Source: Flavobacteriaceae bacterium
Lineage (GTDB): Bacteria; Bacteroidota; Bacteroidia; Flavobacteriales; Flavobacteriaceae
DNA length: 64,000 nt
Direction: 5' to 3'
NCBI GenBank assembly: GCA_028825365.1
Contig: JAPKAF010000001.1
Location: forward strand, 22,444 to 86,443
The translations under genes and the position numbers were made by a program. Position 1 is the first letter of the stretch, and each line of letters starts with the position of its first letter. The notes below the pieces were generated by a model. The model saw only the letters and a program-made list of their open reading frames with translations. It did not search any database and had not been told where the DNA came from. Below, piece after piece: positions 37,419-47,159 of the stretch.

Positions 37419-38432
37419 CTAGCAAAAATAATAATAGTCTTTCATTTTTTCTAAATCCTTAGAATCGAAAAAATTCTTAATTAGCTTTTGAGATTCTTTA
37501 TTGGCCACAGTTATTATCGCTTGATAGTTTTTTAATTCATTTAGGTAATTTACATCATGCAAATTTTTATCATATATGTTTTTACCAATTTTATTTGGAT
37601 TATCACATATCCATGAGAAATCTATTTTTTTTTCAGATAATTTTTTTGCTAACAATTTTCCTTTCTTTCCAGCTCCCCATACAACCAATTCAGAATTATG
37701 GTTGTAGTGTAATTCTAAAAAGTATTTTATTTTTAAGTCTAAAAAATGATTATCTGCATAATTCGCATCAGTTCTAGAAGTTCTACTTGAGTAATCTCTC
37801 CAAAGATGTAATTTCTTTAAAGACGAAACTACCTTAATATTGTTTTTGTAAAATCTAAAAACCAAATCATAATCCTCAGGATAAATATCTAAATCAAAAG
37901 CGCCACTTGCCAATAAATCCTTTTTATGAATCATCCAATTAGGAGATGGTATAACACATTCTTTATAAATATCTGTGTAATTGTTTTTATTAATCATTAA
38001 ACCGTTTAGCCAATCCTCATAATTTTTATAGCCTATTCCAATACCTTCTTTAGAAAAATATTTCACACATGAGGTTGAAATAAATCCTTTTCCAGTTTTC
38101 TTCAAATTGGTGTACAGCTCTTCTAATTTAATTGGATCCATTAAATCATCACTATCCATTCTAGTTATATAGTTTCCTGAGGATTTATCTAGTCCGATTC
38201 TTAAAGCCTCAATGATTCCATTATTTGAGTTATTTCTATAAAGTTTGATCCTCTTATCTTTTAAAGATATTTTTCGTACAATATCATAACTATTATCTGT
38301 AGAGTAATCATCTACAATAATTAATTCCCAGTTTTCAATAGTTTGTTTTAGTATTGAGCTTATACACTCTTCTATATACATTGAAGAGTTTTTGAATGGA
38401 GTTATTATACTGATTAAATCATTGTTAATCAA
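37419..38432 (-). CDS. glycosyltransferase family 2 with a C-terminal Rossmann-like extension
   Basis: 337 aa with the N-terminal GT-A pattern ISIITPFKN...IIVDDYSTDNS and a DSDD motif. The C-terminal roughly 100 aa carries VVWGAGKKGKLLAKKL (GxGxxG-like). It has a TTG start in the track. Confidence 0.8.
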   Translation of the reverse strand: MINNDLISIITPFKNSSMYIEECISSILKQTIENWELIIVDDYSTDNSYDIVRKISLKDKRIKLYRNNSNNGIIEALRIGLDKSSGNYITRMDSDDLMDPIKLEELYTNLKKTGKGFISTSCVKYFSKEGIGIGYKNYEDWLNGLMINKNNYTDIYKECVIPSPNWMIHKKDLLASGAFDLDIYPEDYDLVFRFYKNNIKVVSSLKKLHLWRDYSSRTSRTDANYADNHFLDLKIKYFLELHYNHNSELVVWGAGKKGKLLAKKLSEKKIDFSWICDNPNKIGKNIYDKNLHDVNYLNELKNYQAIITVANKESQKLIKNFFDSKDLEKMKDYYYFC

Positions 38433-39666
38433 AGTAAGAGTTGTTTAATAACATGGTCTTAACATTATATTTGTTTTGAGCATCTGTCCATGTAATGATT
38501 GTTTTATCATTATCAATTATATTGATTTTAGGAAACCCTGAGGCTCTAGTGTTAGAGATTTCTTCAATTATAATGAATTTGTTATTACCTGTTATACTAT
38601 TAATTTTCTGCACTTTTATATATGCTTTTTCGTCTACAATATCCATGTAGCTAATTAATGATGAAGTCTCACTAATCATTTCGATATCTACTCTTCCTAA
38701 TGGATCATTAGCATTTATTAAAATCGGATCATCAAAACCATTTATTATATTTTCAGAAAAAGCAATTTTTAATTTACTCTCACCTTCCTCTTCGGTATAC
38801 CAGACTACTGAGGATGAATTTTTAAAAGTTGAAATTGCAGGACCATTTACAGGACAACCTGAGATTATCCATTTGTCATTATTGACAACAGCTGGTATTG
38901 ACCAGTTAGAATCTTTAAAAAATGAATAGTAAATATCTCTAGTTTCATTTTCTGATCTGTCTCTATAAACCGTTATTGGAATATTACTTTTAGTTATCCC
39001 TAAATCAGTTTGACAACAATCACAGACCCTATCGTCTATTAACTTGTCCATTAAAATCTCACCATTTACGTTATATGAAGTAGACCTTAAAGTCATTTGT
39101 GGTTTTACTCCCTTATCATGTTTTGCTAATTCATTTTGTCTACCATCCAAATAGGTAGACAGAAAATCATTATTATAATTAATAGTTGAGACAAAACCAT
39201 GTTCAGTTTTAGTATTATCAGTATGTAATTTTAAAGGTTTGTTCCAATTAGCTCCGCCATCACTTGAATTCATTACTTTAATATCATAGGAGTAAGTATC
39301 TTCACCACTTTTTTGCAAATAATGAACAGATAACCCATTGGAATTATTAGCAGTGATTCTAGGGAAGTCTGCCCAGTTAACAAACCAATCAGCTGAGCTA
39401 TTTATAAGACTGGGTTTATTCCATTTTAAGTTGTCTAAATCTAATGTTGAAAAGTAAAGTTTACTTTCTTCAGAACTAAGGTCAGTTGATATAAAACTCA
39501 AATATGTAGTACCATCAAGAGATGTAAATAGATTTGGCTCTGAGGATTGAAAAGTAGCTTTAAGACTAATAGGTTGTAATATATAATCTTTAGTACAGCC
39601 GTAAACAATAAGTAAGACTAAAAAAGTCCAAGATAAATTCTTATTCATATTTAGCAGATTTTCCAT
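38425..39666 (-). CDS. BNR/Asp-box repeat lipoprotein (sialidase-fold-like)
   Basis: 413 aa with a lipobox-like LLIVYGC and one clear Asp-box, SSDGGANW. The start may be the second Met, at 39648. Confidence 0.45.
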   Translation of the reverse strand: MENLLNMNKNLSWTFLVLLIVYGCTKDYILQPISLKATFQSSEPNLFTSLDGTTYLSFISTDLSSEESKLYFSTLDLDNLKWNKPSLINSSADWFVNWADFPRITANNSNGLSVHYLQKSGEDTYSYDIKVMNSSDGGANWNKPLKLHTDNTKTEHGFVSTINYNNDFLSTYLDGRQNELAKHDKGVKPQMTLRSTSYNVNGEILMDKLIDDRVCDCCQTDLGITKSNIPITVYRDRSENETRDIYYSFFKDSNWSIPAVVNNDKWIISGCPVNGPAISTFKNSSSVVWYTEEEGESKLKIAFSENIINGFDDPILINANDPLGRVDIEMISETSSLISYMDIVDEKAYIKVQKINSITGNNKFIIIEEISNTRASGFPKINIIDNDKTIITWTDAQNKYNVKTMLLNNSYFD

Positions 39667-41131
39667 TTGATAAAGAATTTTTAATAAATACTCTTAAATC
39701 TTCGTTTGATGATTTTAAATCTTCAGATCTTAAATACATCATGTGACCACTTCTGTAACCTTTATAGGTAAACCTATCTTTCATTTTCCCACTTGGGTCA
39801 ACATGCCACATTGTATACTTTGCTTGAAAATATGTTGTAGCTCCATCATAATAACCAGATTGCACTAGAACTTTTAGATAAGGGTTTTGTGCCATTGCTT
39901 GTCTAAGATCGTCTCTTGTAGTATCATTTCTGTTGTCCCATGGGCGAACAGAGCCAAATAAGTTGTATTTCAAATCTGTCTTGAAACCTAAATTATTTTT
40001 CAGATAATGATTAATTGCTGGAGTAAAAGAATGCAACCAAGAATCAAGTTCTGCATTTGAATCAGGACTAGAACCTGCTTCAGTTTTGTCTAAGCCTAAA
40101 TATCTTGAATCTAATCTCCCCATAGTATAACCACTTTTATCTCTTAATAAATCTTTCCAAAAAAATCGAGTAGGTACATCTAAGTTGTGTTGCAGTATAG
40201 ACTTTTTACTTAAACCTGAATAATAAGACATTTTTTCAGCTATAGATTCTTTCTCATCTGCTGAAATAAATCCTCCTTTAGCAAGAGCAGGAATTAAGGT
40301 GTTTATTGTGAAATTTTCTGATTCAGGTAATATTTCTAATAAATCTTTTTCTTGTAGCTTATTATCTAAAACTTTGTGGTACCAAGCTGCAGCAGTAAAA
40401 TAGGGTAAGTTTATTGCTGAGCTGACTGCACCACCAGTACTGTATACTTTATAATCTGCTGGAGAAACCATAATCACTCCATTTAGATACATCCATTGTT
40501 TTTCTTGCAATTCTAAAGCTAGTCCCATAACTCTAGTTCCACCATAACTTTCCCCAATTATATATTTTGGAGATTCCCAACGATTATTTCTACTAACAAA
40601 TGTATTTATCCAACCAGCTAAATATTTAATATCTGCATTAATTCCAAAGAATATACTTTTATCTGGCATTTTCCCATTTGAATCAGGAATCATTCTCGAG
40701 TAACCCGTATTGACAGGGTTTACAAAAACGATATCTGCTACATCTAAAATAGAATGTGGATTATCTTTAACTCCGTATGGTTGAACGGGAAATCCTTCGT
40801 TATCAATTTTTAATATTTTTGGTCCAGTATATGCAATGTGCATCCATACAGATGCAGATCCTGGTCCTCCATTAAATGAGATCACTAGTGGTCTTTCATT
40901 TTGGTTTTTTACATCTGTTCTTTTATAATAAGTGTAAAATAAAGACGCTATAACTTTTCCTTTTGAATTCCATACAGGTTGAGTACCTGTAGATGCCAAG
41001 TAATCGACATTCATATTTTTTATCTTTGTAGTATGGCTGCTAGTGATTATTGTATCCACAGGTAATTTTAAATCTTGACTGTGAATAATAAAAGAAAATA
41101 AGAATGCTGGTAAAAATAGATTGAGTTTCAT
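39641..41131 (-). CDS. secreted serine carboxypeptidase, peptidase S10-like
   Basis: 496 aa with a signal peptide, the catalytic-serine motif GESYGG and a C-terminal SGHMMY histidine motif. Confidence 0.7.
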   Translation of the reverse strand: MKLNLFLPAFLFSFIIHSQDLKLPVDTIITSSHTTKIKNMNVDYLASTGTQPVWNSKGKVIASLFYTYYKRTDVKNQNERPLVISFNGGPGSASVWMHIAYTGPKILKIDNEGFPVQPYGVKDNPHSILDVADIVFVNPVNTGYSRMIPDSNGKMPDKSIFFGINADIKYLAGWINTFVSRNNRWESPKYIIGESYGGTRVMGLALELQEKQWMYLNGVIMVSPADYKVYSTGGAVSSAINLPYFTAAAWYHKVLDNKLQEKDLLEILPESENFTINTLIPALAKGGFISADEKESIAEKMSYYSGLSKKSILQHNLDVPTRFFWKDLLRDKSGYTMGRLDSRYLGLDKTEAGSSPDSNAELDSWLHSFTPAINHYLKNNLGFKTDLKYNLFGSVRPWDNRNDTTRDDLRQAMAQNPYLKVLVQSGYYDGATTYFQAKYTMWHVDPSGKMKDRFTYKGYRSGHMMYLRSEDLKSSNEDLRVFIKNSLSNGKSAKYE

Positions 41132-41195
41132 AATTTTTTATTTATAATAAAATTAAATTTAACGATTTTAAAATTAAAGATTCTAAAATATAAAC

Positions 41196-41969
41196 TTAAA
41201 ATGATTCAAATGCACCTAGTCCAAAAAGTGCATAATCATATTTAACAGGGTCTACAGGATCTAATTCTCTAAGTTTAGTATCTAACTCTAGAAGTGCTTT
41301 TGAATCGTTTTGTTTCCTGTTTAATAATCCTAATTTTCTTGCTACGTTTCCAGAATGAACATCTAAGGGGACAGATAAGTAATTAGTTGGAATATTTTTC
41401 CATATTCCAAAATCAACTCCGTTATTGTCCTGTCTAACCATCCATCTTAAAAACATATTTATTCTTTTAGCAGAGGATCCTTTATATGGGTCTGCTATAT
41501 GTTTTGTACAACGTTTTTGATGAGGGAGTTCAAAGAATTTATTTTTAAATACATGAATAGAGTTTTGTGTTGAATTATTAATGCAATTATCAGAAAAAAT
41601 AGATTCTAAACCTCCATATTCATGATAAATATGCTTTAGAGATTTAATAAAGTAAACTAGATCATTAGAGTTAAATGTTCTATGAACAAAGGAGTTTATG
41701 GAGTTTAAATCTTTCTCGCTATGATTTAAAATAAAGTCATGAGGTGAATTATCTAAAAGATTCATCATTTTCTTAGCATTATTGATAATTACCTTTCTAT
41801 TTCCCCAAGAAATAATGGATGTTAAAAAAGCTGAAATCTCAATATCTTTTTTAGATGTATATAAATGGGGTATTTGTATAGGGTCTGTTGGAATAAACTT
41901 TGTTGTATTGTATTGTTCAAACTTCTCGTCCAAGAAAGACTTCAATTCCTTTAGATTAAGACTTTTCAA
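41196..41969 (-). CDS. TIGR02757/DUF2400-like protein of unknown function
   Basis: 257 aa. I recognise the family from memory, through the pattern IISWGNRKVI and its usual pairing with an ABC ATPase gene. Its TTG start overlaps the ATPase stop (TTGA). Confidence 0.5.
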   Translation of the reverse strand: MKSLNLKELKSFLDEKFEQYNTTKFIPTDPIQIPHLYTSKKDIEISAFLTSIISWGNRKVIINNAKKMMNLLDNSPHDFILNHSEKDLNSINSFVHRTFNSNDLVYFIKSLKHIYHEYGGLESIFSDNCINNSTQNSIHVFKNKFFELPHQKRCTKHIADPYKGSSAKRINMFLRWMVRQDNNGVDFGIWKNIPTNYLSVPLDVHSGNVARKLGLLNRKQNDSKALLELDTKLRELDPVDPVKYDYALFGLGAFESF

Positions 41970-42631
41970 TTTTGCTTATTTATTTCTCCATCAATAATTT
42001 CGATTTTTCTATCTGCCATATCTGCTAATCTTTCATTATGGGTAACTATGATAAATGTAGTATTGTATTTATCTCTAATTTTAAAAAAAAGATCATATAA
42101 ATTATTTGCACTTTGAGTGTCTAAATTCCCTGATGGTTCGTCTGCAAATATCACTTTTGGACCATTAATTAAAGCTCTTGCTACTGCTACTCTTTGTTGC
42201 TCACCACCAGAAAGTTCATCGGGTTTGCTGTTTAATTTATCCTTTAAGTTTAAATAAGTTAATAGCTCTTCAGCTCTTAACTCAACTTCAGCTCTATTTC
42301 TCTTTTTTATATAACCTGGGATACATACATTTTCAATTGCTGTAAACTCTGGAAGTAATTGGTGAAATTGGAATATAAACCCAATATTTGTATTTCTAAA
42401 TTTTGAAAGTTCAATTTCTTTTAATTTTAAAACATCAATACCATCAATTAATAATTCACAATCTTTATTTGAAGGAGTGTCTAGTGTGCCAAGTATTTGA
42501 AGTAAAGTTGTTTTACCAGCACCAGAAGTTCCAACTATAGAAACGATCTCAGATTTATCTATATTTAAATCAACTCCATTTAGAACTGAGAGAGATTTAT
42601 ACGATTTTTTTAAATTTTTACTTTTAATCAT
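41966..42631 (-). CDS. ABC transporter ATP-binding protein, LolD/MacB-ATPase-like
   Basis: Walker A GTSGAGKTT, signature LSGGEQQRV and Walker B IFADEPSGNLD. I start at ATG 42631 (MIKSKNLKKSY), whereas the track extends to TTG 42664. Confidence 0.85.
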   Translation of the reverse strand: MIKSKNLKKSYKSLSVLNGVDLNIDKSEIVSIVGTSGAGKTTLLQILGTLDTPSNKDCELLIDGIDVLKLKEIELSKFRNTNIGFIFQFHQLLPEFTAIENVCIPGYIKKRNRAEVELRAEELLTYLNLKDKLNSKPDELSGGEQQRVAVARALINGPKVIFADEPSGNLDTQSANNLYDLFFKIRDKYNTTFIIVTHNERLADMADRKIEIIDGEINKQN

Positions 42632-42703
42632 TGTAAATAATAAATAATAATGTAAAATTACCAATTATTAATCATTAGACAAATAAGTTTTAGATTTTAT
42701 ACT

Positions 42704-43240
42704 ATGAGTAATTTAAAAAAAGCATATTTAGCCGGTGGCTGCTTCTGGTGTACAGAAGCAATTTTTTCAAGATTAAAGGGTGTTATTGGTGTTTCACCAG
42801 GTTATACTGGTGGGGGAGTAGCCTTTCCTAAGTATAAACAAATTTGTTTGGGTATTACTGGTCATGCCGAAGCTATTGAAGTTGTGTATGATAAAGATCT
42901 TGTTTCCTATACAACTTTGCTTGAAGTTTTTTTTAGCACACATGACCCTACAACATTAAACCAACAAGGAAACGATAGAGGGACTCAGTATAGATCAGCA
43001 ATCTTTTGTAACGATGAAGCCGAGGTTTTAATAGCTAATAATTATATAAAAAAATTAACTGAAGATAATATTTTTCAAAATCTAATTACCACTGAAGTAA
43101 GTTTATTAATTAGATTTTATGAAGCTGAAATTGAGCATAAAGATTATTATGATTTAAATTCGAATCAGCCTTATTGTAACGCTGTAATTAGCCCCAAGAT
43201 TAAAAAATTAATAGAAAACAATCAAGATCTTTTGAAGTAA
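42704..43240 (+). CDS. msrA: peptide-methionine (S)-S-oxide reductase
   Basis: 178 aa with the GGCFWCTEA active-site motif. Confidence 0.9.
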   Translation: MSNLKKAYLAGGCFWCTEAIFSRLKGVIGVSPGYTGGGVAFPKYKQICLGITGHAEAIEVVYDKDLVSYTTLLEVFFSTHDPTTLNQQGNDRGTQYRSAIFCNDEAEVLIANNYIKKLTEDNIFQNLITTEVSLLIRFYEAEIEHKDYYDLNSNQPYCNAVISPKIKKLIENNQDLLK

Positions 43241-43241
43241 A

Positions 43242-43601
43242 CTATTTCTTAAAAAGTATTCCAAACGATAAAACTCTTAGCATTGCTTTGGACATTTTTG
43301 TTGCCATTTTATAAAAAAAGTTGAATACAAATTTATCTTTCTGGAATGTTATTGCACTTACTAATATTCCAAAAACAAAACCAAACCCTACTAGTAAAAC
43401 TTGATATATTGGAAATACTATCAATATTCTCAATGGCCAATATATTATTGGATGAAAAGCCTCTTTTTGAATATTTAAAAATTCTAAAGTAGGTCCAGAA
43501 ACTAAAGTTGAAGCGGAGCCTGTTACCCCAAATACAATGAATATAATCACCACCTGTAAAGATGAAGTTATACCCCATTTCTCTTTTATTCTTTCAAGCA
43601 T
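43242..43601 (-). CDS. small polytopic membrane protein, unknown function
   Basis: 119 aa with three hydrophobic segments. It is in an operon-like position after serA. Confidence 0.5.
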   Translation of the reverse strand: MLERIKEKWGITSSLQVVIIFIVFGVTGSASTLVSGPTLEFLNIQKEAFHPIIYWPLRILIVFPIYQVLLVGFGFVFGILVSAITFQKDKFVFNFFYKMATKMSKAMLRVLSFGILFKK

Positions 43602-43604
43602 TTT

Positions 43605-44555
43605 TTATTTTAAAATTTCAGTAATTTGGTCTGCTAATTCCACTCCAATTCTGTCTTGTGCTTCATTAGTTGCAGCACCAATATGAGGAGTTAAGGATAT
43701 TTTCGGATTCATTAAAAGCGTTATTTCTGGTTTGGGCTCATTTTCAAATGTGTCAAGTGCTGCAAATGAAATCTTACCTTCATCAATGTTTTTATTTAAA
43801 GCAACTTCATCAATAACCCCACCTCTGGATGCGTTAATAACCCCTGCACCAGTTTTCATTAAATCAAACTCTTTTTCACCAATAACATATTCTTTTTGAG
43901 CAGGCACATGTAAAGTAATAAAATCAGATTTACTCAAAACATCTTCAAACGAAGATTTTTCAAGACTAAAATCTATTTTCTTATTATCAAAAAACATAAG
44001 CTCTATGTTAACTTTGTCATTATGTAGATCATAGTAGATAACATGCATGCCGATACCAATTGCAATTTTAGCAACTTCCTGTCCAATCCTTCCAAAACCA
44101 ATTATTCCTAGAGTTTTCCCCCTTAGCTCAATTCCTTTAGCAAATGCTTTTTTTAAACTTTTAAAATTAGTATCACCCTCAAGAGGCATATTTCTATTTG
44201 AAATATGTAAGAATCTAACACAGCTATATAAATGAGCTATAACTAATTCTGCTACTGATAAAGATGAAGCTGCTGGGGTATTAATTACTTTTAAACCCTT
44301 TTCTCTGGCATACTCTACATCTATATTGTCCATTCCAACACCACCTCTTCCAATTATTTTTAAACTTGGACAGCTGTCGATAATGTCTTTTCTAACTTTA
44401 GTAGCGCTTCTAACTAATAAAACAACTACGTCGTTTTTATTTATATAATTTATTAATTGTCCCTGTTCAACACTAACTGTTATAATATCAAATCCGTTTT
44501 TCACTAACTTATCTGCTCCACTTTTGGAAATACCATCATTTGCTAATACTTTCAT
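43605..44555 (-). CDS. serA: D-3-phosphoglycerate dehydrogenase (short D-2-hydroxyacid dehydrogenase type)
   Basis: 316 aa with the NAD motif GIIGFGRIGQEVA and a catalytic R/E/H pattern. It lies immediately downstream of serC. Confidence 0.75.
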   Translation of the reverse strand: MKVLANDGISKSGADKLVKNGFDIITVSVEQGQLINYINKNDVVVLLVRSATKVRKDIIDSCPSLKIIGRGGVGMDNIDVEYAREKGLKVINTPAASSLSVAELVIAHLYSCVRFLHISNRNMPLEGDTNFKSLKKAFAKGIELRGKTLGIIGFGRIGQEVAKIAIGIGMHVIYYDLHNDKVNIELMFFDNKKIDFSLEKSSFEDVLSKSDFITLHVPAQKEYVIGEKEFDLMKTGAGVINASRGGVIDEVALNKNIDEGKISFAALDTFENEPKPEITLLMNPKISLTPHIGAATNEAQDRIGVELADQITEILK

Positions 44556-44560
44556 TTTCT

Positions 44561-45625
44561 TTATGCTTTTGTTTCTAATTCACTCATTACCTCTACAAGA
44601 ACTTTGACACTATCTAAGGATAATGCATTATACATTGACGCTCTGTAACCACCAACACTTCTGTGTCCATTAATACCCTCAATTCCAGCTTCTTTTACCA
44701 TGCTTTCAAAAGTATCTTTCAAGCCATCATTAACTAAGCTAAAAGTAGCATTCATAGTTGATCTATCCTCTACAGCTGCAAAACCTTTAAAAAGTGGATT
44801 TAAATCAATCTCTGAGTACATTACTATAGCTTTAGTTTTGTTTATCTCGTCAATTGTTTCTACACCACCTAAATTTTTAAGCCACTTCATAGTTAAAAGA
44901 GAAACATATATAGAAAAAACAGGAGGTGTGTTAAACATACTGTCTTTATCTATCATTAGTTGATAATTCATCATAGATGGAATTTGTCTTGTTACTTTCC
45001 CTAAAACATCCTCTTTAACAATTACTATAGTAGTTCCAGCAGGTCCCATATTTTTTTGTGCACCAGCATAAATCAAGTCAAACTTAGAAAAATCCAATAC
45101 TCTGGAAAAAATATCACTACTCATATCACATATTAATGGAACAGGACATGATTTAAATTCTTTCATCTGAGTACCATATATGGTATTGTTGGATGTACAA
45201 TGAAAGTAATCACTATCTGTAGGGATTACGTAATCTTTAGGAATATAATTAAAATTTGAACTTTTTGAACTTGCTAATTCATTAACAGAACCAAATAATT
45301 TAGCTTCTTTAATAGCCTTATCACTCCATGAACCAGTGTTTAAATAAGAGGCTTTAGTTTCGAGCAAATTGTAAGCAGACATTAAAAATTGAGTACTTGC
45401 GCCACCCTGTAAAAATAAGACCTTGTATCCCTTACCTTTTAACTTTAAAAGATCTAAGGCTGTATCTCTAGCTTCATCCATAACATCAACAAAAGCTTTA
45501 CTTCTATGTGATATCTCGATTAAAGATAAACCACTCTCATTAAAATCCATTACAGATTCTGATGCTTTTAATAAAACTTCCTGAGGAAGAATACATGGAC
45601 CTGCGCTAAAATTATATTTTTTCAT
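44561..45625 (-). CDS. serC: phosphoserine aminotransferase
   Basis: 354 aa with the N-terminus YNFSAGPCILPQEVL and the PLP-lysine region YAGAQKNMGPAG. Confidence 0.9.
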   Translation of the reverse strand: MKKYNFSAGPCILPQEVLLKASESVMDFNESGLSLIEISHRSKAFVDVMDEARDTALDLLKLKGKGYKVLFLQGGASTQFLMSAYNLLETKASYLNTGSWSDKAIKEAKLFGSVNELASSKSSNFNYIPKDYVIPTDSDYFHCTSNNTIYGTQMKEFKSCPVPLICDMSSDIFSRVLDFSKFDLIYAGAQKNMGPAGTTIVIVKEDVLGKVTRQIPSMMNYQLMIDKDSMFNTPPVFSIYVSLLTMKWLKNLGGVETIDEINKTKAIVMYSEIDLNPLFKGFAAVEDRSTMNATFSLVNDGLKDTFESMVKEAGIEGINGHRSVGGYRASMYNALSLDSVKVLVEVMSELETKA

Positions 45626-45696
45626 AGTATAAATTTAAAAGAACAAATTTGATAATTATTCACTAAATATTATAGTTTTTTAAGATAAGTTTTAAA

Positions 45697-46740
45697 CTAT
45701 ATTGTTAACAAAAAACTCATCACATCTATATTATCAGCATATTGACTTAATGAAGGATTTTGAGTTTCACCAAAATCAACTTTGTTTTCAATTTTTAATT
45801 TACTAACGATACATTGAATTTCTTTTTCTTGTTTTGTAATACTGTCTTTTAAAATTGAAATATCATCATAAAACTCGTAATTAATTGTTGAAATAGGGGA
45901 ATGTAAATCATTACCTTCTTTTATCATAAAAAATCCATTATCAAGAAATTTATATTCACTCATTAAATAGATTGCTTTATTGTAATCATAGTTGTTAGCG
46001 TACTTATGATTATTAATTAAATCACTTCTTTTGAAAATTGAGTTGTAAAAAGAATCAAAGCTATAATTTTTAGGAACATATAACTTAGAAACATTTCTAC
46101 ATCCAAGTCCAAAATATGTAAAGATATCATTGCCTAATAACGAAAGTTCATTTTCATTTTCTGTACCATCTAAAATAGCAATGGAATTTCTATTTTTTCT
46201 TATGATAGATTTTTTATTTTTAAAATAATAATCAAAATATCTACTAGTGTTATTAGAACCCGTAGCGATAACCCCATCATAGTTTGTTAACATTCCATCT
46301 AGATAGACAATATCATCAGCAATACTAATATTCTTAGAAATCAAAAGACTAGTCAAAAATGGAAGTATGTGTTTGTCATTTGAAGATAATTTAATTATTG
46401 ATTTATGCCCTGCTAGAAAAACACACAAAAAGTCATGAAACCCCACTAAAGGAATATTTCCAGCCATAATTATTGCTATATTTTTTTTAGATACATTTTT
46501 AGTATCATAATTACTCATCCATTGTAGTAAATATTCTTTATTTAATATTTCCGCCCAGTAAGTTAGGTTAGTTTTTATGTTTTCATCTGTAAACCAAGGG
46601 TTATTCATTTGACCTTGTTTTATTACTTTTTCAAAAGCAGTTTGATTACTATCCTTTGAGTTATCATAATTTTCATCTAAATAGTTGGACAAAAACTTAC
46701 CTATATCAGATACAAGATCTATTCTATTATTTAAATTCAT
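45697..46740 (-). CDS. LuxC-like acyl-CoA reductase family protein
   Basis: 347 aa. The motif block IAIIMAGNIPLVGFHDFLCVFLAGH matches my recollection of flavobacterial acyl-CoA reductase (LuxC-like) proteins. Confidence 0.55.
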   Translation of the reverse strand: MNLNNRIDLVSDIGKFLSNYLDENYDNSKDSNQTAFEKVIKQGQMNNPWFTDENIKTNLTYWAEILNKEYLLQWMSNYDTKNVSKKNIAIIMAGNIPLVGFHDFLCVFLAGHKSIIKLSSNDKHILPFLTSLLISKNISIADDIVYLDGMLTNYDGVIATGSNNTSRYFDYYFKNKKSIIRKNRNSIAILDGTENENELSLLGNDIFTYFGLGCRNVSKLYVPKNYSFDSFYNSIFKRSDLINNHKYANNYDYNKAIYLMSEYKFLDNGFFMIKEGNDLHSPISTINYEFYDDISILKDSITKQEKEIQCIVSKLKIENKVDFGETQNPSLSQYADNIDVMSFLLTI

Positions 46741-46771
46741 TTAACTTCTTGTTTTTAAATTCTTTTGGAAT

Positions 46772-46779
46772 TACTTTTG
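46772..46779 (+). promoter_or_regulatory. -7 box (TACTTTTG) for the ferredoxin-ychF pair
   Basis: Perfect TAnnTTTG lying 26 nt upstream of ATG 46806. Confidence 0.4.
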
Positions 46780-46782
46780 TTA

Positions 46783-46790
46783 CAAATTTA
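46783..46790 (-). promoter_or_regulatory. -7 box (TAAATTTG on the reverse strand) for the LuxC-like gene
   Basis: The + strand reads CAAATTTA, lying 42 nt upstream of ATG 46740 and back to back with the + strand box. Confidence 0.35.
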
Positions 46791-46805
46791 TAAAACATTA
46801 ATCAT

Positions 46806-47159
46806 ATGGCAATCATAATTACTGATGAGTGTATTAATTGCGGTGCATGTGAGCCAGAATGCCCTAATACTGCTATTTATGAAGCCAGTGATGATTGGAG
46901 ATATTCTGATGGAACTAGTTTAAAAGGTGATGTGATTTTGACTGATGGTAAATCTGTTAGTGCAGATAATAATCAAGAAGCAATTAGTGATGAGGTTTAT
47001 TATATAGTTCCTGGCAAATGTACCGAATGTGTTGGTTTCCATGAAGAGCCTCAATGTGCTGCTGTATGTCCAGTTGATTGTTGTGTTCCTGATGATGATA
47101 ATGTTGAAAATGAAGATACTTTAATAAGAAAGCAACAATTTATGCATCCAACAAACTAA
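46806..47159 (+). CDS. 4Fe-4S dicluster ferredoxin
   Basis: 117 aa with the cysteine clusters [12 protein letters not shown] and [18 protein letters not shown]. Confidence 0.8.
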   Translation: MAIIITDECINCGACEPECPNTAIYEASDDWRYSDGTSLKGDVILTDGKSVSADNNQEAISDEVYYIVPGKCTECVGFHEEPQCAAVCPVDCCVPDDDNVENEDTLIRKQQFMHPTN

